A stretch of DNA of 64,000 bases, from positions 143,861 through 207,860 of the forward strand of contig CAWCDA010000042.1 of the NCBI GenBank assembly GCA_963794065.1, written 5' to 3'. Source of the DNA: an uncultured Actinomycetes bacterium (GTDB lineage: Bacteria; Actinomycetota; UBA4738; HRBIN12). This document shows positions 1 to 8,003 of this stretch, piece after piece; positions within the stretch are counted from its first letter, which is position 1, and each line of letters begins with the position of its first letter. The notes below the pieces were generated by a model, which was not told where the DNA came from, did no database searches, and was given only the letters and a program-made list of their open reading frames with translations. The position numbers and the translations under genes were made by a program.

Positions 1-1078
1 GCTCCAGGACGGTGACCGACGGCGAGCCCCGCAGGTCGTCGACGCCCGCCTTGAATGCCACGCCGATCCCGAGCACGCGCGAGCCGTTGACCGCCTTGCC
101 CGCACGATTGAGGGCCTCCGCGACCCGTGTCGCCACGTACTCGGGCATGCGGTTGTTCACCTCGTTCGCATGCTCGATGAACCCAACCCGGTAGCCGAGC
201 TGCTGCCCCGCGCGCCAGGACAGGTAGGTCGGGTCGATCGCGATGCAGTGGCCGCCCACGCCCGGTCCGGGCCAGAACGCCTGGTACCCGAATGGCTTGG
301 TGGCCGCCGCGTGCAGGGCCTCCCAGATGTCGACCCCGAGGTCTTTGGCCATCACCGCCAGCTCGTTGACGAGCGCGATGTTCACCTGACGGTACGTGTT
401 CTCGATCAGCTTCGCCATCTCGGCCTCGCGCGGGCTCGAGGTGACCGCGATCGAGTGCACGATCGGCGCGTAGAACGACACCGCCAGGTCGCGACAGCGC
501 TCGGTCAGCCCACTCACGATCTTCGGTGTGTCCTGGATCTGATGGTGGCTCTGGCCGGGGTCGATGCGCTCGGGGGAGTAGCCGAGTGCGAAGTCGACGC
601 CCGCCACGAGTCCGCCGGTTTCGAGGATCGGGCGCAGATACTCCTCCGTCGTGCCCGGCCATGTCGTGGACTCGAGGATGACGAGCATCCCGGGGCGCAG
701 CTGCGCGGCGACGGCGGCCGCGGCGTCGCCGACCATCGATAGGTCGGGAGCGCCATCGGCCAACGGCGTCGGCAGGCAGAGCACGACGATGTCCGCGGCT
801 GCCAGGGCTCGTGGATCCTCCGCATACGTGACTCGATCGAGCGAGGTCAGTTCCGAGGCAAGGATGTCGGCCAGATAGGAGCGCCCGGCGCGGAGCGCGG
901 CGATCTTGTCCGCGTCGGTGTCGAATCCGATCGCCGGGTACCCGGCGCGTCGGATCGCGACGAGCAACGGCAGGCCGACGTAGCCCAACCCAACCACCGC
1001 GACGACGGCTTCGCGCTCGCGGATCGTGCCTGCGAGCCGTTCGAGTGGATCGAGGTCTGGTGGGGAAACGAGGTCCAT
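1..1078 (-). CDS. nucleotide-sugar dehydrogenase (UDP-glucose/GDP-mannose dehydrogenase family); C-terminus lies outside the window
   Basis: My translation of the minus strand from ATG 1078-1076 gives MDLVSPP...AVVGLGYVGLPLLV (Rossmann GxGxxG), ...ESTTWPGTTEE..., ...PGPGVGGHCIAIDPTYL (catalytic Cys motif). It stays open to position 1. It is absent from the ORF track because it runs off the window. Confidence 0.8.
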   Translation of the reverse strand, partial: MDLVSPPDLDPLERLAGTIREREAVVAVVGLGYVGLPLLVAIRRAGYPAIGFDTDADKIAALRAGRSYLADILASELTSLDRVTYAEDPRALAAADIVVLCLPTPLADGAPDLSMVGDAAAAVAAQLRPGMLVILESTTWPGTTEEYLRPILETGGLVAGVDFALGYSPERIDPGQSHHQIQDTPKIVSGLTERCRDLAVSFYAPIVHSIAVTSSPREAEMAKLIENTYRQVNIALVNELAVMAKDLGVDIWEALHAAATKPFGYQAFWPGPGVGGHCIAIDPTYLSWRAGQQLGYRVGFIEHANEVNNRMPEYVATRVAEALNRAGKAVNGSRVLGIGVAFKAGVDDLRGSPSVTVLE

Positions 1079-1100
1079 CGGGCTCCAGCCGGTCGGACGG

Positions 1101-2126
1101 TCAGGGTACCGCCGGCGTCGCCGGCGCCGCAACGGGGTCGGCGAGCCAGGCATCGATCGCCTGGCCCAGCTCCCGCCGCAACGCCTCCTCGGCGAAGCTG
1201 GCATCGACCGCGGCGCGCGCGATCGCCGCGAGGTCGTTGTCGTCCAGCGACCATGCCCCGCGCGCCGCGACGTACACCTCGGTGAGCCACCCACCGAACA
1301 TCTCGGGATCGTCGCTGTTGAGGGTGACGACGACGTCCGCGTCGCGAAGCGCGGGGAAGGGATGGGACGCCAGGTCCGGATACGAGCCCGTTGCCACATT
1401 CGAGATCGGGCTGACCTCCAGCGGCACGCGTCGTCGCGCGAGCTCTGTGACGAGGGCCGGGTCCTCGATCGCACGGACCCCGTGGCCGATCCGATCCGGC
1501 CGGTAGTGCTCCAGGGTGGCCCACACGTTGTCAGGCCCCGCCCATTCGCCCGCGTGTGGCACGCTCTTCAGCCCGGCGGCAGCGGCTGCGCGGAAGTGCC
1601 GTGCGAACGGTTCGATGCCTGTGCGCTCGCTGCCGGCGCAACCCAGCGCGACCACGCCGCGGCCCGCATACCGAAGTGCGACCTCCAGCGTGCGGTCGGC
1701 GTCGTCCATCCCGGCGTCGCGCACGATGTCGGGGCACAGCCGCACCGTGACGCCGTGCGCGCGTTCGCCGGCCGCGAGCCCGTCCAGGACCGCCTCGATC
1801 GGACCGTGCCAATCGCCGCCCAATCGCCGCGCGTGGTTCCCGGGACTGAACACGGCCTCCGCGTAGCGGACACCCGTCGCGGCCAGGTCGCCGCAGAACT
1901 CGTCGGCGATCCGCCGGAAGTCTTCGAGCGAGGTGAGCAGGCGACAGAGCTCGAGGTAGTTGCCGATGAAGTCCAGCGGTCCCTCGAACGTCCAGCGGTC
2001 CTGCCCCAGGCCGTGCGGCAACGGCGTACCGTCGCGGGCGGCGAGCTCCCTGAGGGTGTCGATCCGCACGCTGCCCTCCAGGTGGATGTGCAGCTCCGCC
2101 TTCGGCAGGGATCGGAGATCGCGCAT
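1101..2126 (-). CDS. add: adenosine deaminase
   Basis: Internal Met (residue 127) of ORF 1101..2504 starts MRDLRSLPKAELHIHLEGSVRIDTL, which carries the HxH metal motif of the adenosine deaminase family. The 342 aa length is typical. The upstream 126 codons are Arg-rich read-through. Confidence 0.85.
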   Translation of the reverse strand: MRDLRSLPKAELHIHLEGSVRIDTLRELAARDGTPLPHGLGQDRWTFEGPLDFIGNYLELCRLLTSLEDFRRIADEFCGDLAATGVRYAEAVFSPGNHARRLGGDWHGPIEAVLDGLAAGERAHGVTVRLCPDIVRDAGMDDADRTLEVALRYAGRGVVALGCAGSERTGIEPFARHFRAAAAAGLKSVPHAGEWAGPDNVWATLEHYRPDRIGHGVRAIEDPALVTELARRRVPLEVSPISNVATGSYPDLASHPFPALRDADVVVTLNSDDPEMFGGWLTEVYVAARGAWSLDDNDLAAIARAAVDASFAEEALRRELGQAIDAWLADPVAAPATPAVP

Positions 2127-2165
2127 CCCTCGATGGTAGTCGCGCCGGCCGCGTAGCCTGGATCG

Positions 2166-2927
2166 ATGGCTCGCTACACGTACGGCGATTCGGTGTTGGC
2201 GGGCGATCGCCTGGCGCTGGTGGCCCGGCTGTTCGCTCCGACCAGCGAGGCGTTCCTGCGAGCGGCGGCGCCGAGCGAGCCCGAGGTGGCGATCGACCTT
2301 GGCTGCGGGCCGGGGCGCACGACGCAGCTCGTGCATGAAACAGCACGGGCGCGACGCACGATCGGCATCGACCGCTCTGAGGTCTTCGCGCGGCGGGCGC
2401 ACGGCGACGTGCCCGGTCTCGCGTTCGTCACGGCAGATGTCGCGACGGGGTCGTTGCCGGTCGCACGGGCCGACCTTGTCTACGCGCGGCTCCTGCTGGC
2501 CCACCTCGTCGAACCGATCGCGGTCGTGGGCCGATGGTCAACCATAGTGACCATCGGCGGTCGCGTCCTGGTTGACGACCTCGAGGCGATCGACACCGAC
2601 GACGATGTCTTCCGGGAGTATCTCGATGACGTGGCCCTCGCGGTGATCCGCGCGCAGGGGGGCGCGCTCTTCGTCGGGCCGCCGCTGCACGAGGCGCCCG
2701 ATCCCCCCGGCGTCGAGCGCGTGCACGATCGGGTGGCGGCCTTCACGCCACCCGCGATCGAGACCGCGCGGGTGTTCGCGATGAACCTGGCGGTGCTGGC
2801 CGATCGTGGCGAGGTCGCCGCGTGCCCCTCGCTCGCGGCCGCCCTGGATGCGATCGCGACCGGGACTCGCGCGGCCGAGCCCGTGCGCTGGCGCGTGCGG
2901 CAGCTGGCGTGGGAGCGGAGCCGCTAG
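2166..2927 (+). CDS. class I SAM-dependent methyltransferase
   Basis: ORF 2166..2927 carries motif I, VAIDLGCGPGRTT, followed by the acidic loop GIDRS. Confidence 0.7.
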   Translation: MARYTYGDSVLAGDRLALVARLFAPTSEAFLRAAAPSEPEVAIDLGCGPGRTTQLVHETARARRTIGIDRSEVFARRAHGDVPGLAFVTADVATGSLPVARADLVYARLLLAHLVEPIAVVGRWSTIVTIGGRVLVDDLEAIDTDDDVFREYLDDVALAVIRAQGGALFVGPPLHEAPDPPGVERVHDRVAAFTPPAIETARVFAMNLAVLADRGEVAACPSLAAALDAIATGTRAAEPVRWRVRQLAWERSR

Positions 2928-2936
2928 GCTCCGGCG

Positions 2937-4368
2937 ATGCACGCAAACCTGATCGCGGGCGACTGGGTCGAGGCCCCCGCCGCCGTCGAGGATCGCAATC
3001 CCTCCGATCTATCCGACGTGATCGGTGAGTACGCGTCGGCCGACGCCGCGCAGACCGACGCCGCGATCGATGCCGCCGTCGCGGCGGCGCCGGGCTGGGC
3101 CGCGGCGACACCGCAGGAACGGAGCGCGGCGCTTGGAGACCGTCGGGCTCGAGCTCGCCGCGAGGGCCGAGGAGCTCGGGGAGCAACTCTCTCGGGAGGA
3201 AGGGAAGCCGCGGGCCGAGGGGATCGGGGAGGTGCAACGCGCGTCCCAGATCTTCCGGTTCTTCGCGGGCGAGGCGCTCCGCGTGCCGGGCGAGCACGTC
3301 CGCAGCGTGCGCCCGGGCGTCGACGTCGACATCCTGCGCGAGCCGCTCGGGGTGGTCGGCATCATCACGCCGTGGAACTTCCCGATCGCGATCCCGGCGT
3401 GGAAGATCGCACCTGCGCTGGCGTACGGGTGCACGGTCGTGTGCAAGCCCGCCGAACTGGTCCCCGCAAGCGCGTGGTCCCTGGCCGAGATCATCTCGCG
3501 CTCCGGCGCGCCCGAGGGCGTGTGCAACCTGGTGATCGGGCCGGGCCGGGTGGTCGGCGAGCGGCTGGTGCACGATCCGCGCGTGCGCGGCGTCACGTTC
3601 ACCGGCTCTCAGGCTGTCGGCGCCGGCGTCGCGACGGGGCTGGCCGCGCGGTTCGGTCGCGCCCAGCTCGAGATGGGCGGCAAGAATCCGCTCGTGATCC
3701 TCGACGACGCCGACCTCGACGTCGCGGTGGACTGCGCGATCCAGGGGGCGTTCTATCAGACCGGACAGCGGTGCACGGCGAGCAGCCGGCTGATCGCGAC
3801 GTCGGGCATCCACGATCGCTTCGTGGAGGCGACCGTCGAGCGCATGCGCGCGCTCCAGGTGGGTCACGCCCTCGCGCCGGGCACGCAGATCGGTCCGGTG
3901 GTCTCGGCCGACCAGCTCGCGCAGGATGAGGACTACCTCGCGGTGGGGGCCGAGGAGGGCGCCGAGCTCGCGTTCGGCGGGCGGCGACTCGAGCGCGATA
4001 CCGAGGGCTATTACCTGGAGCCCGCGCTGCTCGTCGAGACGCGCAACGACATGCGTGTGAATCGCGAGGAGATCTTCGGGCCGATCGCGACCGTCGTGCG
4101 CGCCGAGGATCCCGAGCACGCCCTCGCGCTCGCCAACGACACCGAGTTCGGATTGTCGGCCGGCGTGTGCACGACCTCGTTGCGGCACGCCGCACGCTTC
4201 CGCGACGCCTTGCAGGCCGGGATCGTGACGGTCAACCTGCCGACCGCGGGGGTGGACTACCACGTGCCGTTCGGCGGCACGAAGGGGTCCTCGAGCGGCA
4301 CGCGGGAGCAGGGCCGCTACGCGGTCGAGTTCTTCACGACGGTCAAGACGGCCTACGTGCGGCCGTGA
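2937..4368 (+). CDS. NAD(P)-dependent aldehyde dehydrogenase with an apparent 1-nt frameshift near 3133-3136
   Basis: The N-terminus in the 2937 frame reads MHANLIAGDWVEAP...PQERSAAL. The rest lies in ORF 3025..4368: LETVGLELAARAEEL..., ITPWNFP, ELGGKNP-like LEMGGKNP, QRCTASSRL (catalytic Cys), EEIFGP. The two parts join if one base is removed at CTTGG, 3132-3136. Confidence 0.8.
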
Positions 4369-4380
4369 GTGCCTGGGACG

Positions 4381-4410
4381 TTGACCCCGTCCGCAAGCCC
4401 CGGGTAGCCT
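4381..4410 (+). promoter_or_regulatory. putative sigma70-type promoter of the redox operon
   Basis: TTGACC (4381-4386), an 18-nt spacer, then TAGCCT (4405-4410), 10 nt upstream of the GTG start at 4421. This fits a short-leader or leaderless transcript. Sequence pattern only. Confidence 0.3.
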
Positions 4411-4420
4411 GCGGCGCGTC

Positions 4421-5071
4421 GTGACCGTCGACGCCCTCGCGCCCGTCGTCTTCCTCGCCGCAGCCCTCCTCGTGCTCGCCGGTGTGGTCAAGGTGGTCCG
4501 CCCGCGCGCGACCGCGCAGGCGCTCCTGGATGCGGGATTGCCGGGGTCACGCGCGGTCGCGCGCGGGATCGGGGCCGTGGAGATCGCCACGGGTGTCTGG
4601 GCGGTCGCGGCGCCGGCCGCAGGGGGCGCGCTCGCGCTCGGGGTCGTGTACCTATCGTTCGCGGGTTTCCTGGGCTACGTGTTGGGCGTGCATCCCGAGG
4701 CCGGGTCGTGCGGGTGCGCCGGCCCGACCCCCGTGCCACCGAGCCGCCTCCATCTCGTGCTGAACGTCCTCGCGGGCGTGGCGGGTCTGGCGTATGCGAC
4801 GACCATGGCGCCATCCCTCGGCGCATGGGTCGGGACGTTGGACTGGGCCGCCGCGCCGATCGTGGCCGGGCTCGCGCTCGCCGGGTGGCTCGCGGTAGTG
4901 GCGGTCACCGAGGCGCCGGCCGCGTTCCGTTCTTGGGAGCGCCCGACGCACGATCACGACGCGGAACCGCATGGCCATGATCACGCCGTCGCGGACCACG
5001 AGCTTGCGACCGCCGGCATCGGCCCCGGGCACCCGAGCCTGTGGCCGGGCACGAAGCCGGAGCCCGAGTGA
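4421..5071 (+). CDS. MauE/DoxX-family redox-associated membrane protein with a His/Asp-rich C-terminal tail
   Basis: ORF 4421..5071 has four or more hydrophobic helices, a conserved-looking SCGCAG segment, and the tail THDHDAEPHGHDHAVADHE. The family call comes from memory of the MauE architecture plus the MauD-like and MauA-like neighbours. Confidence 0.6.
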   Translation: MTVDALAPVVFLAAALLVLAGVVKVVRPRATAQALLDAGLPGSRAVARGIGAVEIATGVWAVAAPAAGGALALGVVYLSFAGFLGYVLGVHPEAGSCGCAGPTPVPPSRLHLVLNVLAGVAGLAYATTMAPSLGAWVGTLDWAAAPIVAGLALAGWLAVVAVTEAPAAFRSWERPTHDHDAEPHGHDHAVADHELATAGIGPGHPSLWPGTKPEPE

Positions 5072-5640
5072 GCGCGGTTCTCGACCTGGCGACGCGCGCC
5101 GTCTCGCCACGCGCGACGCGCCGCGGCAGGGTCGCCGAGGCCGCCAGCGCCCTCGCGGTCGCGCCGATCCGGTTCGCGACGCGACCGGTTTCGGCGGATG
5201 CCGTCGTGCGGAAGAGCTGCGCGAGCTGTCCGGGGGGCAGCCGCTGCTGTGGCTCCTACACCGCGTTCTGCTGCACGCTGCCCGGTGGCGACAACTTCGG
5301 ATGCCCGCCGAACACGTTCGTCGGCGGTTGGTGGCAGTGCAACTACGGCGGCACGAACCTCTGCAGCACGACGAACATGCGCTACTACCTGGATTGCTCG
5401 ATCAACCCGGGCGCGTCCTGCCCCGGCGGGTGCCACTGCGGCAACGACGACTGCACGAACTTCAAGACCTGTTGCGTCGTATTCCGCTACGGACAGTGCA
5501 ACACGGACATCCCGTACGTGACGCCGATCCAATGCCGCTTGATCACGTGCGTGATCCCGTGTCGGATCGACTGCCTAGACTGCGACTGCTCCTCGGCCGT
5601 CGATCAGCACACGTGCCTGCACGAGGCGGGATGTCTGTGA
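5068..5640 (+). CDS. secreted cysteine-rich protein (25 Cys) resembling the methylamine dehydrogenase light chain (MauA)
   Basis: Start at GTG 5068, overlapping the upstream stop (GTGA). The N-terminus RATRRGRVAEAASALAVAP is signal-like. The mature part CCTLPGGDNFGCPPNTFVGGWWQCNY...YYLDCS resembles, from memory, MauA CDCSGGSLTNCPPGT...ASWVASCYNP...YRDCC. Confidence 0.55.
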   Translation: MSAVLDLATRAVSPRATRRGRVAEAASALAVAPIRFATRPVSADAVVRKSCASCPGGSRCCGSYTAFCCTLPGGDNFGCPPNTFVGGWWQCNYGGTNLCSTTNMRYYLDCSINPGASCPGGCHCGNDDCTNFKTCCVVFRYGQCNTDIPYVTPIQCRLITCVIPCRIDCLDCDCSSAVDQHTCLHEAGCL

Positions 5641-6290
5641 GCGTCGGCGCCCTGACCGCGCTGGTGATCGTGGAGACGATCGTGCTCGCGCTGCTCGCCG
5701 TCGTGGTCGTATCGCTCTTGCGGAGTCACGCCGAGCTGTTGCGGCGCCTTCCCGCACCCGATGACGAGCAGGAACATCACGCGCACGGCGCGGCCGTGCC
5801 GATCGAACGGACGCCGACGCTGTCCGCCTCCATTCCGGCTCCGAAGCGACAGGCATCCGAGGCGCATGACGTGGTCGGCACGACGCTCGGCGGCGACCAG
5901 GTGGTCGTCTCGGCCGCGTCCGGCAGCGACACGTTGTTCGCCTTCCTGTCGACGGGGTGCCTGACGTGTCAGACGTTCTGGGATGGACTGCGTCCGGGCG
6001 TCCGGCGACCGATGCCGGGAGACGCGCGGGTGATCGTCGTGGTCAAGGACCCGGCGTTCGAGTCGCCGTCGAAACTCGCGACGCTCGCGCCTCCCGACGT
6101 GCCCGTGATCCAGTCATCGCAGGCGTGGGAGGACTTCGGCGTCCAGATGTCGCCGTATTTCTGTTTCGTCGACGGACGCTCGGGCTCGGTCCGGTCGGAG
6201 GGCGCGGCGATGAGCTGGGAGCAGGTGTCGTCGCTGCTGACTGACGCGTTGTTTGACGAAGCGGCCGCGCGCGCCAAGGGGAGCGGATGA
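5631..6290 (+). CDS. membrane-anchored thioredoxin-fold protein (MauD/TlpA-like), CxxC = CLTC
   Basis: Internal Met 221 of ORF 4971..6290 starts MSVSVGALTALVIVETIVLALLAVVVVSLL (TM anchor). It continues ...LFAFLSTGCLTCQTFW...MSPYFCFVDGRSGSV. It overlaps the upstream stop by 10 nt. Confidence 0.75.
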   Translation: MSVSVGALTALVIVETIVLALLAVVVVSLLRSHAELLRRLPAPDDEQEHHAHGAAVPIERTPTLSASIPAPKRQASEAHDVVGTTLGGDQVVVSAASGSDTLFAFLSTGCLTCQTFWDGLRPGVRRPMPGDARVIVVVKDPAFESPSKLATLAPPDVPVIQSSQAWEDFGVQMSPYFCFVDGRSGSVRSEGAAMSWEQVSSLLTDALFDEAAARAKGSG

Positions 6291-6961
6291 GTCCGGTCGT
6301 CGCCGTGGGGCTCGGGGTCGCGATCGTGGCCGGCCTCCGATCGACCTGGTCCCCGTGAGGCGTGTCGATGCTGGGGAGCATCACTCCGCTCGGGGAGCGG
6401 AGCCGCGGATCGAGGTGGTGGGTGACCGCGACGGCCTACCTCGTCGGGTCATCGGTCGGCGGCGCGCTGTTCGGCGGGATCGTGGCAGCGATCGGGGTGG
6501 CGATCGGCGTCGCGGGCTGGGCGACGAGCGCGCGGCTCGCGACGATCGCGCTCGCCTTGGTGATCGGTCTCGCGCTCGACCTCGGCGTCGGCGGTCTCCG
6601 ACTGCCGAGCGTCCGCCGACAGGTCGACGAGGAGTGGCGCGGCCGCTACCGCGGCTGGGTCTGGGGGCTCGCGTTCGGGTTCCAGCTGGCCCTCGGTGTG
6701 GTCACGATCGTGACGACGTCGACCGTCTACGTCACGTGGCTGGCGGCGTTGCTGAGCGGATCGGTGGCGGGAGGAATCGCGATCGGCGCCCTGTTCGGGT
6801 TCGCACGGGCCGTGCCCGTGTTTGCGGTCGCGGGCGTGCACACCCCGCGACAGTTGCTCGGGGTGGATACGACGCTGCGGCGCTGGGCCCGCCCCGCGCG
6901 ATCGGCCGCGTACGCGGCGGCGGGCGCGCTCGCAGGGGTCGCCGCGGCGGTGGCGCGATGA
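6287..6961 (+). CDS. polytopic membrane protein with an in-frame TGA at 6356-6358 (candidate Sec or Cys position in an xSP[C/U] motif)
   Basis: ATG 6287 overlaps the upstream TGA (ATGA). There are 23 codons, MSPVVAVGLGVAIVAGLRSTWSP, then TGA, then the same frame continues as ORF 6362..6961 (about 6 TM segments, no Cys). If the TGA is a true stop, the CDS is 6362..6961. Confidence 0.5.
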
Positions 6962-7410
6962 CGCAGCTGCGTGGCCACGGGCTCGCCTTGACCGTGCGCC
7001 GGGGATGGGAGGCACGGATCTGGCTGCCCGATGCGCCGCCGCCCGCGGAGAACCGTCCGGTGATGCGCCTCGCGAACTTCGCGCTGCCGTCCACGAAGGA
7101 CACGTACGCCGAGAACGTCGCCGACGAGCTTCGGCGGGGGCAGGTCGTCGCATCGCTGGTGGAGTTCGCGCCGCGGCTCGCCGATCGCGGGCTCTACGCG
7201 CCGCAGGGCGTGCCCGCGTTCGACCTTGAAGATCTCGATCCGCGCGCGGTGCAGCGTCACCTGCCGGGACGATCGGGGCTGCAGCGGTTCTTCTCCGTGC
7301 GCGGGCGTGCGTTCAGTCTGTACGTGATCGCCCGCGACGGCGACGGCTTGCGCGCCACGTTGCGGGAGCTCCATACGCAGCTGCTCGCCCTGGTGGTGGA
7401 GCCTGCGTGA
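6958..7410 (+). CDS. hypothetical protein within the redox operon
   Basis: ATG 6958 overlaps the upstream stop (ATGA). The C-terminal 150 aa of ORF 6253..7410, MTQLRGHGLALTVRRGWEARIWLPD..., has ordinary amino-acid composition. I recognise no family. Confidence 0.5.
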   Translation: MTQLRGHGLALTVRRGWEARIWLPDAPPPAENRPVMRLANFALPSTKDTYAENVADELRRGQVVASLVEFAPRLADRGLYAPQGVPAFDLEDLDPRAVQRHLPGRSGLQRFFSVRGRAFSLYVIARDGDGLRATLRELHTQLLALVVEPA

Positions 7411-8003
7411 GCGCGGCCGGCTGGATCGTGGCGGCGGTGCTCGGCGCTGCGCTCGTGTGGCTCGGTCTCGCGTTGTCGGGCGCGGTGCGAGAGCTCGCCA
7501 CGCTTCGGGAACGGGTCGACGCGCTCGAAGGAGTCGTCGCCCCGATCCATCTCGATGGGGGGCTCCCGATCGGCAGCGCCGAACCGGCCTGGTCGCTGAC
7601 CGCACCCGACGGGGCCGTGGTGCCGTCGTCGCTGCTCGAGGGCAGGCGACACCTCGTGCTGTTCGCGGACGCCGAGTGTCGCGCGTGTGACGAGGTCGTG
7701 CCCGATGTGGTCCGGGCGGCCGCGGCAGGCACGCTGCCCCCACTCGCCCTGGTCGGCCGCGGCCGCCCGGACGCGACGCCCGCGGCCTGGCGCGCCGACG
7801 ACCGTGCGCGCGTGGTGGCCGGCGTCGAGCGGGACCGCGACGTGAGCGACGCGTTTCGCGTCGAGGTGAGCCCGCACGTGTTCGTGATCGACGAGGGCGA
7901 CGCGGTGGTGGCCCAGGGCAGCGCCGCGACGCTCGCCGACGTCGAGGCGCTCGTGCGTGGCGCACAGGGCATCCGCATCGTTCCGGGAGCCACCGGTGGC
8001 TGA
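7407..8003 (+). CDS. membrane-anchored thioredoxin-fold protein, MauD-like, CxxC = CRAC
   Basis: ORF 7407..8003 starts at a GTG overlapping the upstream TGA. It has a TM anchor, then RELATLRERV, GLPIGSAEPAWSL, LVLFADAECRAC and VSPHVFVIDEGDAVV. This matches the MauD layout recalled from Paracoccus MauD. Confidence 0.7.
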   Translation: MSAAGWIVAAVLGAALVWLGLALSGAVRELATLRERVDALEGVVAPIHLDGGLPIGSAEPAWSLTAPDGAVVPSSLLEGRRHLVLFADAECRACDEVVPDVVRAAAAGTLPPLALVGRGRPDATPAAWRADDRARVVAGVERDRDVSDAFRVEVSPHVFVIDEGDAVVAQGSAATLADVEALVRGAQGIRIVPGATGG

